Shown here: in pieces, positions 14,927 to 26,615 of the stretch | Position numbering within the stretch: position 1 is the stretch's first letter | Layout: each line of letters opens with the position of its first letter | Origin: Lophium mytilinum | Taxonomy: Eukaryota | Direction of reading: 5' to 3' | Assembly: GCA_010093605.1 (NCBI GenBank) | Contig: MU004181.1 | Location: 2,728,001 to 2,792,000, forward strand | Length of the DNA: 64,000 nt | The notes under the pieces: model-generated | The model's database searches: none | What the model was told of the DNA's origin: nothing | The model's input: the letters and a program-made list of their open reading frames with translations, nothing else | Translations under genes and position numbers: made by a program

Positions 14927-15115
14927 GCTCACACCCTCGCCCTTCCGCTCTCTCCAAACACGAAAACCAAGCATTATAAGAGAACTATACTTACTTTTGT
15001 GGACAGCAGCCAATAGCCCGCTCACAGCCTCTCCTTCCGCTCTCTCCAAACACGAAAACCAAGCCCGATAGGAGAATTATACTTACTTTTGTGGACAGCA
15101 GCCAATGGCCACTCA
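14927..15115. repeat. Tandem duplication, two copies about 92 bp apart
   Basis: ccttccgctctctccaaacacgaaaaccaagc...tatacttacttttgtggacagcagccaat begins at both 14941 and 15033. Confidence 0.95.
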
Positions 15116-15135
15116 AACAACAGGACCGCACATTT

Positions 15136-17941
15136 TCAGTAGCGATAACTCACCCTTCTCGGCTCCCCCGCGTACGGATCATGTGCGACCTCAATCGGCC
15201 GATCTTGCTCATCCAAGTACCGTCTCTGCGGCGGCGGTGGCGCGGCATACGCATATCGGCGGTCGTCTCCAGCGGCATACGGGTCTACCGGGACCATACT
15301 AACCTCGCGGTATCGCTGCGGGGCCGGATCGACTCGCCTAGCAAGGCCAGGCTGGACGCTCTCGTGGCGTGTGATGTATTCGCCCGGTGCTTCGCGCCTC
15401 ACAGGGGGTTCAGGGCGGACGCTGAAAGACCTGGAGGCATACTCTCGTGGCGGTGGGCCCATTTCCTCATAGGCTGCGACTGGACGACGTTCCATCGGCA
15501 AAGGCTCTTGCATGGGGAGATATTCTGGTTCCGCTGGGCGCATGGAGAATCCTCTTTGTCGATATGACCGAGGCTCGATCATCTCAACTTCCGGCTCCAC
15601 GTATCGCCGTAACGGGGGCGGAGGCATCCTGTGGTGATCATCACCATCATCATAAGGATCCGGGATGCGTACCGGTGCTCGCATCAAAGGCTCTCGTGTG
15701 ACAGCCCGCTCGTATGGGTCAACTTCGACGCGTCGGCTAGGTGGTGCCATTGATGCTCTCGGATCCACAGCTACCGGCGAGGCATAGTACTTATTGCCAT
15801 ACTGGTCAACAACAATTTGACGAGGCGGAGGCGCCATTGCTTGAGGAGTGTGTGCTCTTGGTAGATATTCCTGTGTCTTAAGGTAGTAATAAAGTTAGCA
15901 AATGTTTCAGAACCAGAGTGGGAAACCGGATATTGATTTCTTGTGAAGAGTAATATTGCGTGAAACACTTCTTCAGAGGACTCCAAGACACCACTGTGGT
16001 TGTCTCGGGGTACTTCCTGAATATCTTTTCAAACAAACAGATTGCTGGGAAACTTTTTATCTGTATCGGGAATTTACGTACGACTGGTGATCGGGAACGA
16101 TCGCGAATGTAACGGGGCTGATCTGCTGGAGGACGCACTGAAGCTTGGCGGTACGATTGCTGTGCTAGGCGATCGTTGAACGCGTTGGAGGCAGCACGAA
16201 CATGTCGAACATCAGTCGGAGAATACGGTACCGGTTCCGGGCCTGAAGGAGAGTACGGACGGCGAGCATACTGAAGGCTGGCAACTCGCCTCAGATCCTG
16301 GTCATCAACTTGTCGGTGAGTTGTGCGTGATGGTACCCGAACGAAGCTTGGTGATGCCGGTTCGTCCATCTGCCTGTACGTCCGCGGTAGTGGATCTTGC
16401 TCCCTGTAATAAACGGGTGGTGGTCGAGCATCGCGTGCGGACACAATCTCAACATCGTCTGGTAGTTGTCGCAAGGGTCGTCGATTGGCATTGTAGGAGT
16501 CCGATGTACTTGCGGCCAGAGGAGGAGGGGACATAGGCTCCTCCTTGATATATGGTTCGACCTCAACCTCTGTTTCTAGTTCGGGGGATAATGCAACGCG
16601 CTTGTTTCCAGCTCGGCCTTTGCCATTTTCGACTTCTCTCCTCCGTTTCTTGGGATTGTGGATATTTTGTTGTGGTCCGGCAGGACTCTGTCTCCTAGAG
16701 ATCCGAGGGGATGGCTGGTCGCCTTGACCTAGCCCAGAGTAGTTGTTCCCCCGGTTGTCGTCAGTTCGAGGGGAAATTAGTCCACGTCCATTATCACTCT
16801 GGCTATTGCGACGGGGTTGGTCCATGCGGGGAAGCTTCGCATACGCTAAGGGAGAAACTCTGGCAGGCTGAGGGGCGACGATGTGCATTGCACCACGAGG
16901 GGCGATGATGGGCATTACACGAGAGGAATTTTTACCGCCGTTTTCCTTGCTTCCCAGGTTTTTCTGGTGGCGCTCTCTACGTTTTTTTGCTGCGGAAAAC
17001 TTCTTTGCTGATCGAGGTTGAACGAACGTGTCTGCGGCAGGCGGTGGAGAGTAATCCGACTCGTCATCTTCGTCGTCGAGGACGGCAGTGACTGGGGGCT
17101 CGTAAAGCTCGATATCGTCGGCGGGTTCGTACGGCTCCTCGTCATGTGGGGTAGGTAACGAGGTTGGGGCGACTTTGGAGGGAGCTGCGGCTGATTTAGG
17201 GAGTGGAGCTGTGCCCTGCAAATTGGTAGCGCCAGCGTCAGCACCGTTGTTGAGCTTTTGGGGTGTCTCATTCTCGTCCGAAGACCAACTGCTATTTACT
17301 TGACTTGAGTAGTATGAGTTCTCGTCGACCGAATCACTCCCATTTCCATCGCTGTTGCGATTAGTGGCAGACGGTAGGCCTGATACTGGCTTCACAATTT
17401 GCAAGGCCTCGGCAAGAAGACCGTCTACGTCAAGTCGAGACTCAGCGTCGATGTCCTTGAAATGGGCTTTCTTGTCGACTTGGTCTTTCAGGACTCGTTC
17501 TACCCGCTGGCGCTTCAGCTGCAACTCTGCCCTGACTAAGTCATCAGACTTTGTGAGCAGAACAGGGTCAATGCTTGATGCAGGATTTGCATTGAAGGAT
17601 CGCTGGCCGTTAGAAGCTTGAGGTTGATAGGAGCCAGGTTGATACTGGAGCGACGAATTGTCTGGGTAGCGTGGAGGGGTAGGGAGAGCCGCGTAGGCCC
17701 CGTTGGGAGTGCCGTTAGTGGTTGGTCTCGATGAGTACGAGTAGTGGGAGTTGTTCTGAGGCGGACGTGGTGCGACCTGTTCAAGCACGGAGGCAGGGAG
17801 TTTGATCCTCGGGTGTTTGCCAGCAAACACTTCATCTCGCAGCTCAAAAAGCTTCGCGTAGAAGTCTGTCCAGCGACGCTCCTCGACGGAGGCTGGACTC
17901 GCACCATTCAAGTACGGCGGTGCTGTGGCCCCGGACGCCAT
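15136..17941 (-). CDS. Hypothetical Pro/Arg-rich, largely disordered protein, 2 exons
   Basis: ORFs 15878-17956 and 15136-15837 join in frame via intron 16081 to 15877/15871 (GTACGT...GCTAAC...AG). ATG at 17941. Short ordered blocks LRDEVFAGKHPRIKL and IDPVLLTKSDDLVRAELQLKRQRVER. Confidence 0.82.
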
Positions 17942-18354
17942 CGCGTGAAAGAACAACTTCTGCGCGGTGGGCGCGTGTTAGAGGCAGCTGCGTTGTCAAT
18001 CTGAGCTGCTGGAGTTATGCTTTATGGTGACGCTGACACATGATGGCCAGAGGGCAAAGGGAGAGATGAAGAAGGTGGGTGGTGGTGTGTGGAGATGGGA
18101 AGGGCGAGAGGAGCCGTCGACAACTTTGCGAGACGCTACTCTACAAAGTACTGCTGCCAGCACTTGGCGCAGCGTGCACGTGCTCCAGGTGTGAATCATT
18201 CAGTCACCAGCAACATCCCTCCTCAAATACCGCTTAGTTGAATGTGCAGCTGCATTCCTTTCAGGTCCATTGACCGTCCTTCTTCATAGCATTGGGAGTA
18301 TTTATTTTCCATAACACTTTGCATACGCACCCTCAAGGTGCTCCCGACGTCGAG

Positions 18355-19371
<1,017 letters not shown>

Positions 19372-19812
19372 AGGTAGCGATGTACTTGCTATTAAGCTGG
19401 CTATTCTGATGATTGCCACGATACCACGATTTTACAAGTAGCGTAAGATGAAATCATGTTCGGGATGCGATCATTAGAACGTTAGAAGTGTTCATCAGGT
19501 GGAGCATGAGGCTTTACATAGCATTTTGGCAGATCTCGCGGCTTAATTGAATTTCGCAACGAGCATACCTGGATACTCACTGCAAAATACACTAGTCGTA
19601 GACGAGCTGTATAATGAAGGCGATGTGTTACTGAGGTAGAACACAGACATCTTATTTTGATCACTGTTCAATTAGCTTTCGGTCAACAAAAAACTGAATC
19701 AAGGAGTGCGTTCACAAATGTTACCCTGCAGACGTCAACTTCACGTTCTCTACATAACTACATTGGCAAGCCAAAAAGTAAGTGTTCTAGGAACTCAAAA
19801 AGGCAAAAGAAA

Positions 19813-19906
19813 TGGGGTTAACCGGGATCGAACCGGTGACCTTTAGCTTGCAGGTCTACTGTGGAGGACCTTCAGGCTAACGCGCTCCCAACTGCGCTAT
19901 AACCCC
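19813..19906 (-). tRNA. tRNA-Phe(GAA) with a 21-nt intron (19869-19849)
   Basis: Cloverleaf: acceptor GGGGTTA/TAACCCC+A, D arm GCGC-AGTTGGGA-GCGC, anticodon arm TTAGC-CTGAAG^A-GCTAA, T arm ACCGG-TTCGATC-CCGGT. Oligo-T terminator downstream. Confidence 0.95.
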
Positions 19907-20340
19907 TGTGAATGGAGATGTTTGGAAAATAATTGCACCATATCCTAAGTTTCCAAGTGTGGTGAAAAGTTTGTCTAGATGCGGGGGCTATTGGAGTGGA
20001 GATCATCGATAAATGTTCTTAGTTCAACACCCAAGTTAGCCCCGCCCCGCAACGAGCTTGGGACAGGTATGGTTAACGGTCACTATTGAAAGCCAGGATT
20101 AAGAAGAAAAGCCCAATTGGATCGCCAATACCTTGAACAGGTTACGTATCCATTTAATATTTGTACTTCTCGGGGCTGTGTTCTCCTGAAGCCATCCTCT
20201 GCCTCGTTGTTCAGACTCGTAAGCGAAGGCTGCCATGCCTGCTCGTACCAAGTATTCGTAACCTGTCCAGATGTCCTAACTTCCCAATACATACGACGAC
20301 AAACTTCGAACACTTCCTCCGCCCTATTGCTCAATACCCT

Positions 20341-21228
20341 ATGCCACCTCCCACGCCTATATACTTTCAACAAGCCATGTCCTCCGCCACAGAAGACCCC
20401 GCCGCCGCCTCGACCTTCCCAGCCCCCAAACCAAAGCGCACGCCTCTCCTCCGCCTCGAGCTCCGCGACCTCTCCCAACCAGGCACACACTCCTTCTTTA
20501 AACACCTCTCTGCTTCAAACGCTATCGAAGATGCCGTCTCGGGCGTCCTATATTGGCTCTATAAAGACCTCCCCACACACTGTATCCCCTCAACCCGCTC
20601 CGTAACTCTGATCCTACGGCCAATGGGCGGCGTGGCCTACACAACCGGCAAAGACTTCGACGATGACCACAAGGAGATACACTTCTCAACAGACTACATC
20701 AATGGCATTGCCGAGGGGCGGAAGAAGGAGGAAATGCTGGGCGTAATCCGGCATGAGATGGTGCATTGTTGGCAATGGAACGCGCAGGGGTCTGCGCCCG
20801 GCGGTCTGATAGAGGGGATTGCAGACTGGGTGAGACTGAAGTCGGGGTTTGTGCCGCCGCATTGGAAGCAGGAGAGTGATGGGGACTGGGACGCTGGGTA
20901 TCAACATACCGGGTATTTTCTTGAGTACCTAGAGAAGACGTTTGGGGAGGGCAGTGTTAGAAAGATCAACGATGGCCTAAGAGGACAGAAGTATAAAGAT
21001 GGAGAGTTGTGGGAGAATCTGTTTGGGAAGAAGGTGGAGAAGCTATGGGAGGACTATGGAAGGCACCTGCGCAATGAAAAGGCAGATGAGGAGGCAAAAC
21101 GGGCCAAAGAGGAGGGTGAGAAGAAGGATGAGGCCACTAGCGATTCTAAGAGTTCGGAACAGACTCCAGAGAAGATCACGCGAAGTGGTGGCAATATACA
21201 TTACCCAAGGAGAGGTCTCGGACCATAG
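20341..21228 (+). CDS. BSP (basic secretory protein)-family zinc metallopeptidase
   Basis: GVAYT, HEMVH (HExxH), PGGLIEGIADWVRL and WDAGYQHTGYFL. No obvious signal peptide. Start may be 20341 or 20377. Confidence 0.88.
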   Translation: MPPPTPIYFQQAMSSATEDPAAASTFPAPKPKRTPLLRLELRDLSQPGTHSFFKHLSASNAIEDAVSGVLYWLYKDLPTHCIPSTRSVTLILRPMGGVAYTTGKDFDDDHKEIHFSTDYINGIAEGRKKEEMLGVIRHEMVHCWQWNAQGSAPGGLIEGIADWVRLKSGFVPPHWKQESDGDWDAGYQHTGYFLEYLEKTFGEGSVRKINDGLRGQKYKDGELWENLFGKKVEKLWEDYGRHLRNEKADEEAKRAKEEGEKKDEATSDSKSSEQTPEKITRSGGNIHYPRRGLGP

Positions 21229-21770
21229 GTCCTCAAGTCTCACCGTTCTCCAATCTCCGACCGCGATCCTTTCAGAGGGAGCAACGCACGCACCTGGTCT
21301 ATTCTTTGAGCGTTACCGGTTTCCATTAGACACAAAAGCACGTATATATCCCTCTTCCCCTTCCGAATAGCATACAGCTACACCGTGGCACGAAATACAT
21401 ACACAATCAAATAGTGGTGCTGCCATCATCCCTATTAGATCAAAGTTCCCCGTTCAATAATCAATTCGAACCTGATGTTTTTATATTGGTCATTTGGGAG
21501 CAATGTTTTGCTCTCAGCATGGGATAATATCAAAATGTAAATCTTGATGTGCCAGGTCATTGTATTTTACTACTTGTCTAATTCATCCGCTCAGACCTCG
21601 GTCTACCGCTCACTTTCCCTCAAAGCAATTCCCTCATACCACATTCTTCAGCCCTCACAAGATCTCAAAAGATCATCAAGCACGCCGCGATATCTGGTAA
21701 CAGAAGCCATTGGAGATTCAGGCGTCCGACTTAGCTGTTATAGGTTAGCAGCCGCCGTCTGCACCATTCT

Positions 21771-22499
21771 TCACGACGTACCCGCCTGCTTCGCCTGCTC
21801 TGCCTGCTCCGCTCTCTCCTTGAGGACAGCGTCAAAAGCCCTCTTCAACACTGTCGAGACCGACTCAAGCTTATTCATCTTCTCCAGCCACGCCTTAGCA
21901 TGCGGGTACTGATCAAGGTCGTACTCCTCCTTCGTCGTCACATGCGCAACAACTGCCTGCCAGCTCACAAAAGCAAGGTCCGCGTAGCTCATCTTCCCGC
22001 CCACAAGCCACGGGCCGCCAGCTCCCGTTTCCTGCTTCGCGAGCCAGCCATCCAATACTCCTGTAACCCTGTTCACCTCCGCCAGGTACCTCGCCACTGC
22101 ACTCGGAACCTTTTCCTGGTGAAACAGCTTGAACCACCCCAGCTGCCCGTAATATGGTCCCTGCCCTGTGGCTTGGAAGAACAGCCACTGCTTCGCGTGG
22201 TACGCCTCTGGCGTGCCGGGCTCGAAACTCAGGTGATGGTTGGTATCGTAGCGCTCGATGAGGTATTCGATAATCGCGCCGGACTCCCAGAGCGTGAGGT
22301 CGGCGTTGTTGGGGTCGCGGATCGCGGGGAGGCGGCCGTTCGGGTTGATGGCGAGGTACTCGGGGGTCTTGACTTGGGAGAACGGGATGTTTGTGATTTC
22401 GTAAGGGAGGTGCAGTTCGGAGAGGAGTATAGCCACGCGGGGCGGGTTAGGGCCACCGAGGCCCCAAACCTGTATGGGGAGGAGGTTGGATGTCGACAT
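21771..22499 (-). CDS. Glutathione S-transferase (Ure2p-like class), intronless
   Basis: GPNP, INPNGRLPAI.D, LWESGAIIEYL, QWLFFQATGQGPYYGQ and WLVGGKMSYADL. Confidence 0.93.
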   Translation of the reverse strand: MSTSNLLPIQVWGLGGPNPPRVAILLSELHLPYEITNIPFSQVKTPEYLAINPNGRLPAIRDPNNADLTLWESGAIIEYLIERYDTNHHLSFEPGTPEAYHAKQWLFFQATGQGPYYGQLGWFKLFHQEKVPSAVARYLAEVNRVTGVLDGWLAKQETGAGGPWLVGGKMSYADLAFVSWQAVVAHVTTKEEYDLDQYPHAKAWLEKMNKLESVSTVLKRAFDAVLKERAEQAEQAKQAGTS

Positions 22500-23031
22500 G
22501 GTGGGAATGGGAAAGAGAACAGTGGGATTGGTTGACTTTGAAAATAGGAAACTGGAGATCAAACAGTAGTAACGAGGCGAACTAGGTTGAACAGTGGGAT
22601 AGTCTGTCTAAGAGTGCAGGAAACGATTGTATTTATATCCGTGAAGTCGAATAGCGCGCTTAAAGCACCATATGGTGAGCTGATCAATACGGAAGCATTC
22701 GTTTCCTTGCCGGGCTCCTGAATTACAAATCGACTGAGCGCCATTGACGCGTTTCGACACTTTCGATCAAAGCTTGTAGGAATATCGGTAGAAGTTGAGG
22801 TTCGACAACCGACATCCCATAATCCAAACGCTATGGCCCATGTAAGCCAATGCCGACCAACATAAGCCAGCACCAACACTGATATTCCAACCACACCACT
22901 CAAGCCAATCTAAAATTCACGCTGTAGTCTTGGATTCGCTAATCTGCACTTATTAAAGCTACTCGCTAAATCCGATATAGATCGCCTAGAGCCCACCATC
23001 TGATCTTCATCTACTTCAGCAACTCCTGCGC

Positions 23032-25031
23032 CTAAGTTTTGTAGTATGGCCTAGATACATTATCATAGTAGGGGACCACAATCACATTCTTGTCCTCCGT
23101 CATGCCCACCATACTCTCCGTGATCGGATGTGTAGGATGTCGACTCACAATCAGATTCATGCAGCCTGGCCCATCACCAGCCAACAATTTCGTCACTGCC
23201 TCCAGGACATCGGCTATTTGCTCCACCTTTACGCTGTTATTACCTAGCCCCTGAGCTACAACATCATACGCAGTCTTCGGGCTCAGCGAGCTGATAGGTC
23301 TCGCCGGGTTCTTGGTCCCATATATAAGTTCTTGCCCATTTGAGGACATCCCCCACGCATGATTGTTCACCACGATCGTGAGAATCTTCAACTGGAATCG
23401 CGCATACGTGTCGAGTTCCATGAAATGGAACCCTGCGGAGCCATCTCCTTGGATGTTGACGATGAGGCGGCTAGGGTCTGCGAAAGCGCAGCCTAAAGAG
23501 TATCCGAAGCCGTTTCCTAGGAAGCCTAGGTAGCCTGTGGCTGAGATGATTGCGTGAGGGTTTGAGATGGTGGCGGCGCCGCTGGCCCAGGCGCCGCACT
23601 CTCCTCCATCTGTGACGATGATGCTGCCTTCTGGGATTGACTTGAAGACGGCGGTGAGAGCGTGATAGGGGTGGAGCTTTCCCTCCACAACCTCTGGGTC
23701 TGAGGTGTAGGGCATGGGCATATTCTTCAGGCCTGTAGCAATCTTGACCCATTCATTTGGTGCGACATAATCTTGCTTCAGAAGGGCAGCGTTAAAGGCG
23801 AGGAGAGCTTCAGTGGCGTCTGAGACAATACCGATATTGACTGGCAGCGTTCGGCCGATTTCGCCGCCGTCGGTGTCGATTTGTATGAGTTTGCAAGAGT
23901 CTGGCGAGGGAATAATACCTCCTGAACGGCCGCCCATGTACATGCCGGTGCGGGCACCAAGTAGGATGACAAGGTCCGGGGCAGGCGATTTCATGTGATG
24001 GAGCAGTGCTAGTTTGCCTGCGGAACTGGCGTACAAAGGGCTTGACGTTGGGAGAGAGAAGCAAATCTTGGGACTGTGGAACAATGGTATTTGAGTAGTC
24101 TCTATGAATCTCAAGAGCGCTTGCGTAGCCTACCGCGATATCAGTATATGCTTCTCGCCGAGAGATGAGTTGATGAAAATACCTCAGACGAACGAGCACC
24201 TGTGCCTGCAATGATGACCGGCCGTTCCGAGGCTTTTAGCAGCAAGAACGCGTTCTCAATGGCTTTGGTGTGAGGTCCCGGTGGATACGGCAGTGGTGAT
24301 GTGATTGAGCCCCACGAAATCGGGGTATAAATATCGGCGAGAATAGTACGTCTATTGGAAAGTCGATGAGTACAGGTCCTAAAGCATTCAGTCACCTGTT
24401 ACTGTACTTTTGTGGTATTTTATTGCCTACCTGGAGCACCACAAGAAGAAATTTTCATTGCATGAGCAACGAGGCGTGGGATGTCCTCTGCGTGAGCAAT
24501 GCGGTGGGCGAATTTAGTGAGTGGCTTAGCAACAACGACTTGGTCAATCGACCCTTGAAGAGAGTTGTTTTCTCCGTCCCTCAGAGGAGGTGACGAAGTA
24601 ATGCAGAATATGGACGAGCGGTCTGCAAAGGCGGTTGCAAGCCCTGGTAAGCCATTTGAATACCTATATTTAAAGTTACAGTCACACCCGAATATGAGAT
24701 ATGATCCTGGAGACTTACCCACTATTTGCTGTGACTACTCTTTTTGAGCATATGCGCAATAAGGCTCAGACGTGCTCGGGGGCGTACCAAAGCATACCCC
24801 TGTAGTGCCGGTCACATTAAAATATGCCTCTGCAGCTTGTACTGCAACTGTCTCATGCCTCGTGTCAACCAGCTTGATACCTGTAGACTCACATCCCATC
24901 AGAAAGGCATCAATATGACCGCCGTGGAGGCCAAATGCAACCCTGACTCCAATGTGATGAAGGCATTGTGCGAGTAGATCGCCACCAGTGAGTTCACGAG
25001 TGCTGGGATTTTGGAGTTCGAAGGACGACAT
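23032..25031 (-). CDS. ThDP-dependent enzyme, benzaldehyde-lyase-like; apparent 1-nt frameshift near 24321-24334 (pseudogene or assembly error)
   Basis: TGGDLL, FGLHGGHID, DTRHE (cofactor-activating Glu), NSLQGSIDQ, GPVLIDFP and ThDP motif GDGSAGF...NN. Four introns, including a 16-nt micro-exon. Confidence 0.9.
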
Positions 25032-25419
25032 AGTAGGCGATATGAAGGAATAGATGGGATTCGATGTTGTTCCTGTCGAGTTGAATGTTCGTCATAGATA
25101 TGAAGACACATGCATTTTATTGATGTGGACCGACGAGCTGGTTTATGAAGGAGTGGTGGAATAGTATATGCTGACTCGAAAGTGAGAGCGGGGTCTGTGT
25201 CGCACGAAAAGTGCCCCATGTCTAGGTTTTAAAGAAGCTTATCCTTGTCGATCTATTTCATATAAGAGGAATAAATGAACATGGTCGATGATGAGCCTCT
25301 TGAAAACGGTTTGTGCTGTGTCTTGACTTATATAATCGCGTGACTTTTGACCGAGTTGATCCAGACGAAAAGCGACTCTATTGAATTTTGTAGCGTGGAA
25401 ATTATGCCATAACTCTACC

Positions 25420-26615
25420 CTAAGTATATACCATACCGCCATCTACGACGATTGTTTGACCGGTCATATAGTCGGAGTCCGGGCCAGACAGGAAGCTTAC
25501 TAGGTTGGAAACATCCGAGGGTACACTGGTTCTTCCAAGAGCAATCAATTCTTCTGACCACTTCTTGATCGTTTCGCCCCTCTTCGCGCCCGTTTTCTTA
25601 CCCATCTCTTCATCGATGAGATCCCACATGGCAGTTCCGACAACGCCAGGAGCGTACGCGTTAACGGTGATTTTGTGGGCTGCCATTTCTAGCGCGAAGG
25701 ACATTGTGAAGCCACGGACTGCCCACTTAGATGCAGTGTAATGAGACAGCATGTGGCTTGGCTTGAAGGCCGCAACGCTAATCCAGAAAGTGATATTAGA
25801 CATAGGATGAAAATGAGTGGCCGATGTGGGGAACTTCGCGATGAGTGAACGTGTACACACCTTGCAGCGCCTAGTATCTTCCCTCCCCCTCCTTGCTTGA
25901 TCATTTGTTTGGCAGCGGTTGAGTAGCAGTTGTAGACGCCATATACGTTTATCTCGAACATTCGATGCACATCCTGCTCGGTGAGGTCCAAAACAGCTTT
26001 GACCTGCGTGTGTCAATAGATAAACCACCCAAGCTCAATGATCTCTTGGTACCTGTGCGATACCAGCATTCGCGATCATTGTGTTGAGAGGGCCAAGTTC
26101 TGATACAGATGTTTCGACCATTCGCTCCACTTCAATCAGCTTGGAGACATCTGCGAGATAGGGAAAAGCATTGCGTCCCAAAGATTTCACCTCTTTCACA
26201 ACCTCAAGAACTCCAGCCTCGTTGGCGTGAACATCATTGACTAATATATTGTACCCGTCTTCTGCCAAACGTAGAGCGATTGCCTTGCCTCTGTGTGCGA
26301 TGGTAAGACTTCTAGCATCCTTATAGTGGTCCTGGGTTCGCCTTCTTACATTCCACGACTAGATCCCGTGACAATAGCAGTCCTGTCTTTCTGCTTCGAT
26401 GGAGTTGCATATGTTCGAGCCCAGGGCGATGAATGCGAAGATACTCTGGGAACATCCCTAAACCTTTTTGGCCCACGCCTCGATAGTCTTGAAATAAAGA
26501 AGGACGACAGTATGGTATGCCGATTTAGAAATGCTGAAGGAGAGGAAGTAGCAAGCGTTCCGTGGGGTATAGTAATGTATATGTCTGAAATATTGAGTAC
26601 GCATTTGGTCCTCAT
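25420..26615 (-). CDS. Short-chain dehydrogenase, BudC-like acetoin(diacetyl) reductase / 2,3-butanediol dehydrogenase; start codon uncertain
   Basis: TGSSRGIG, ANAGI, catalytic Ser, YTASK, ITVNAYAPGVVGTAMW and PDSDYMTGQTIVVDGGM. Three introns. Arg/Ser-rich N-terminal extension ending RTYA. Confidence 0.88.
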
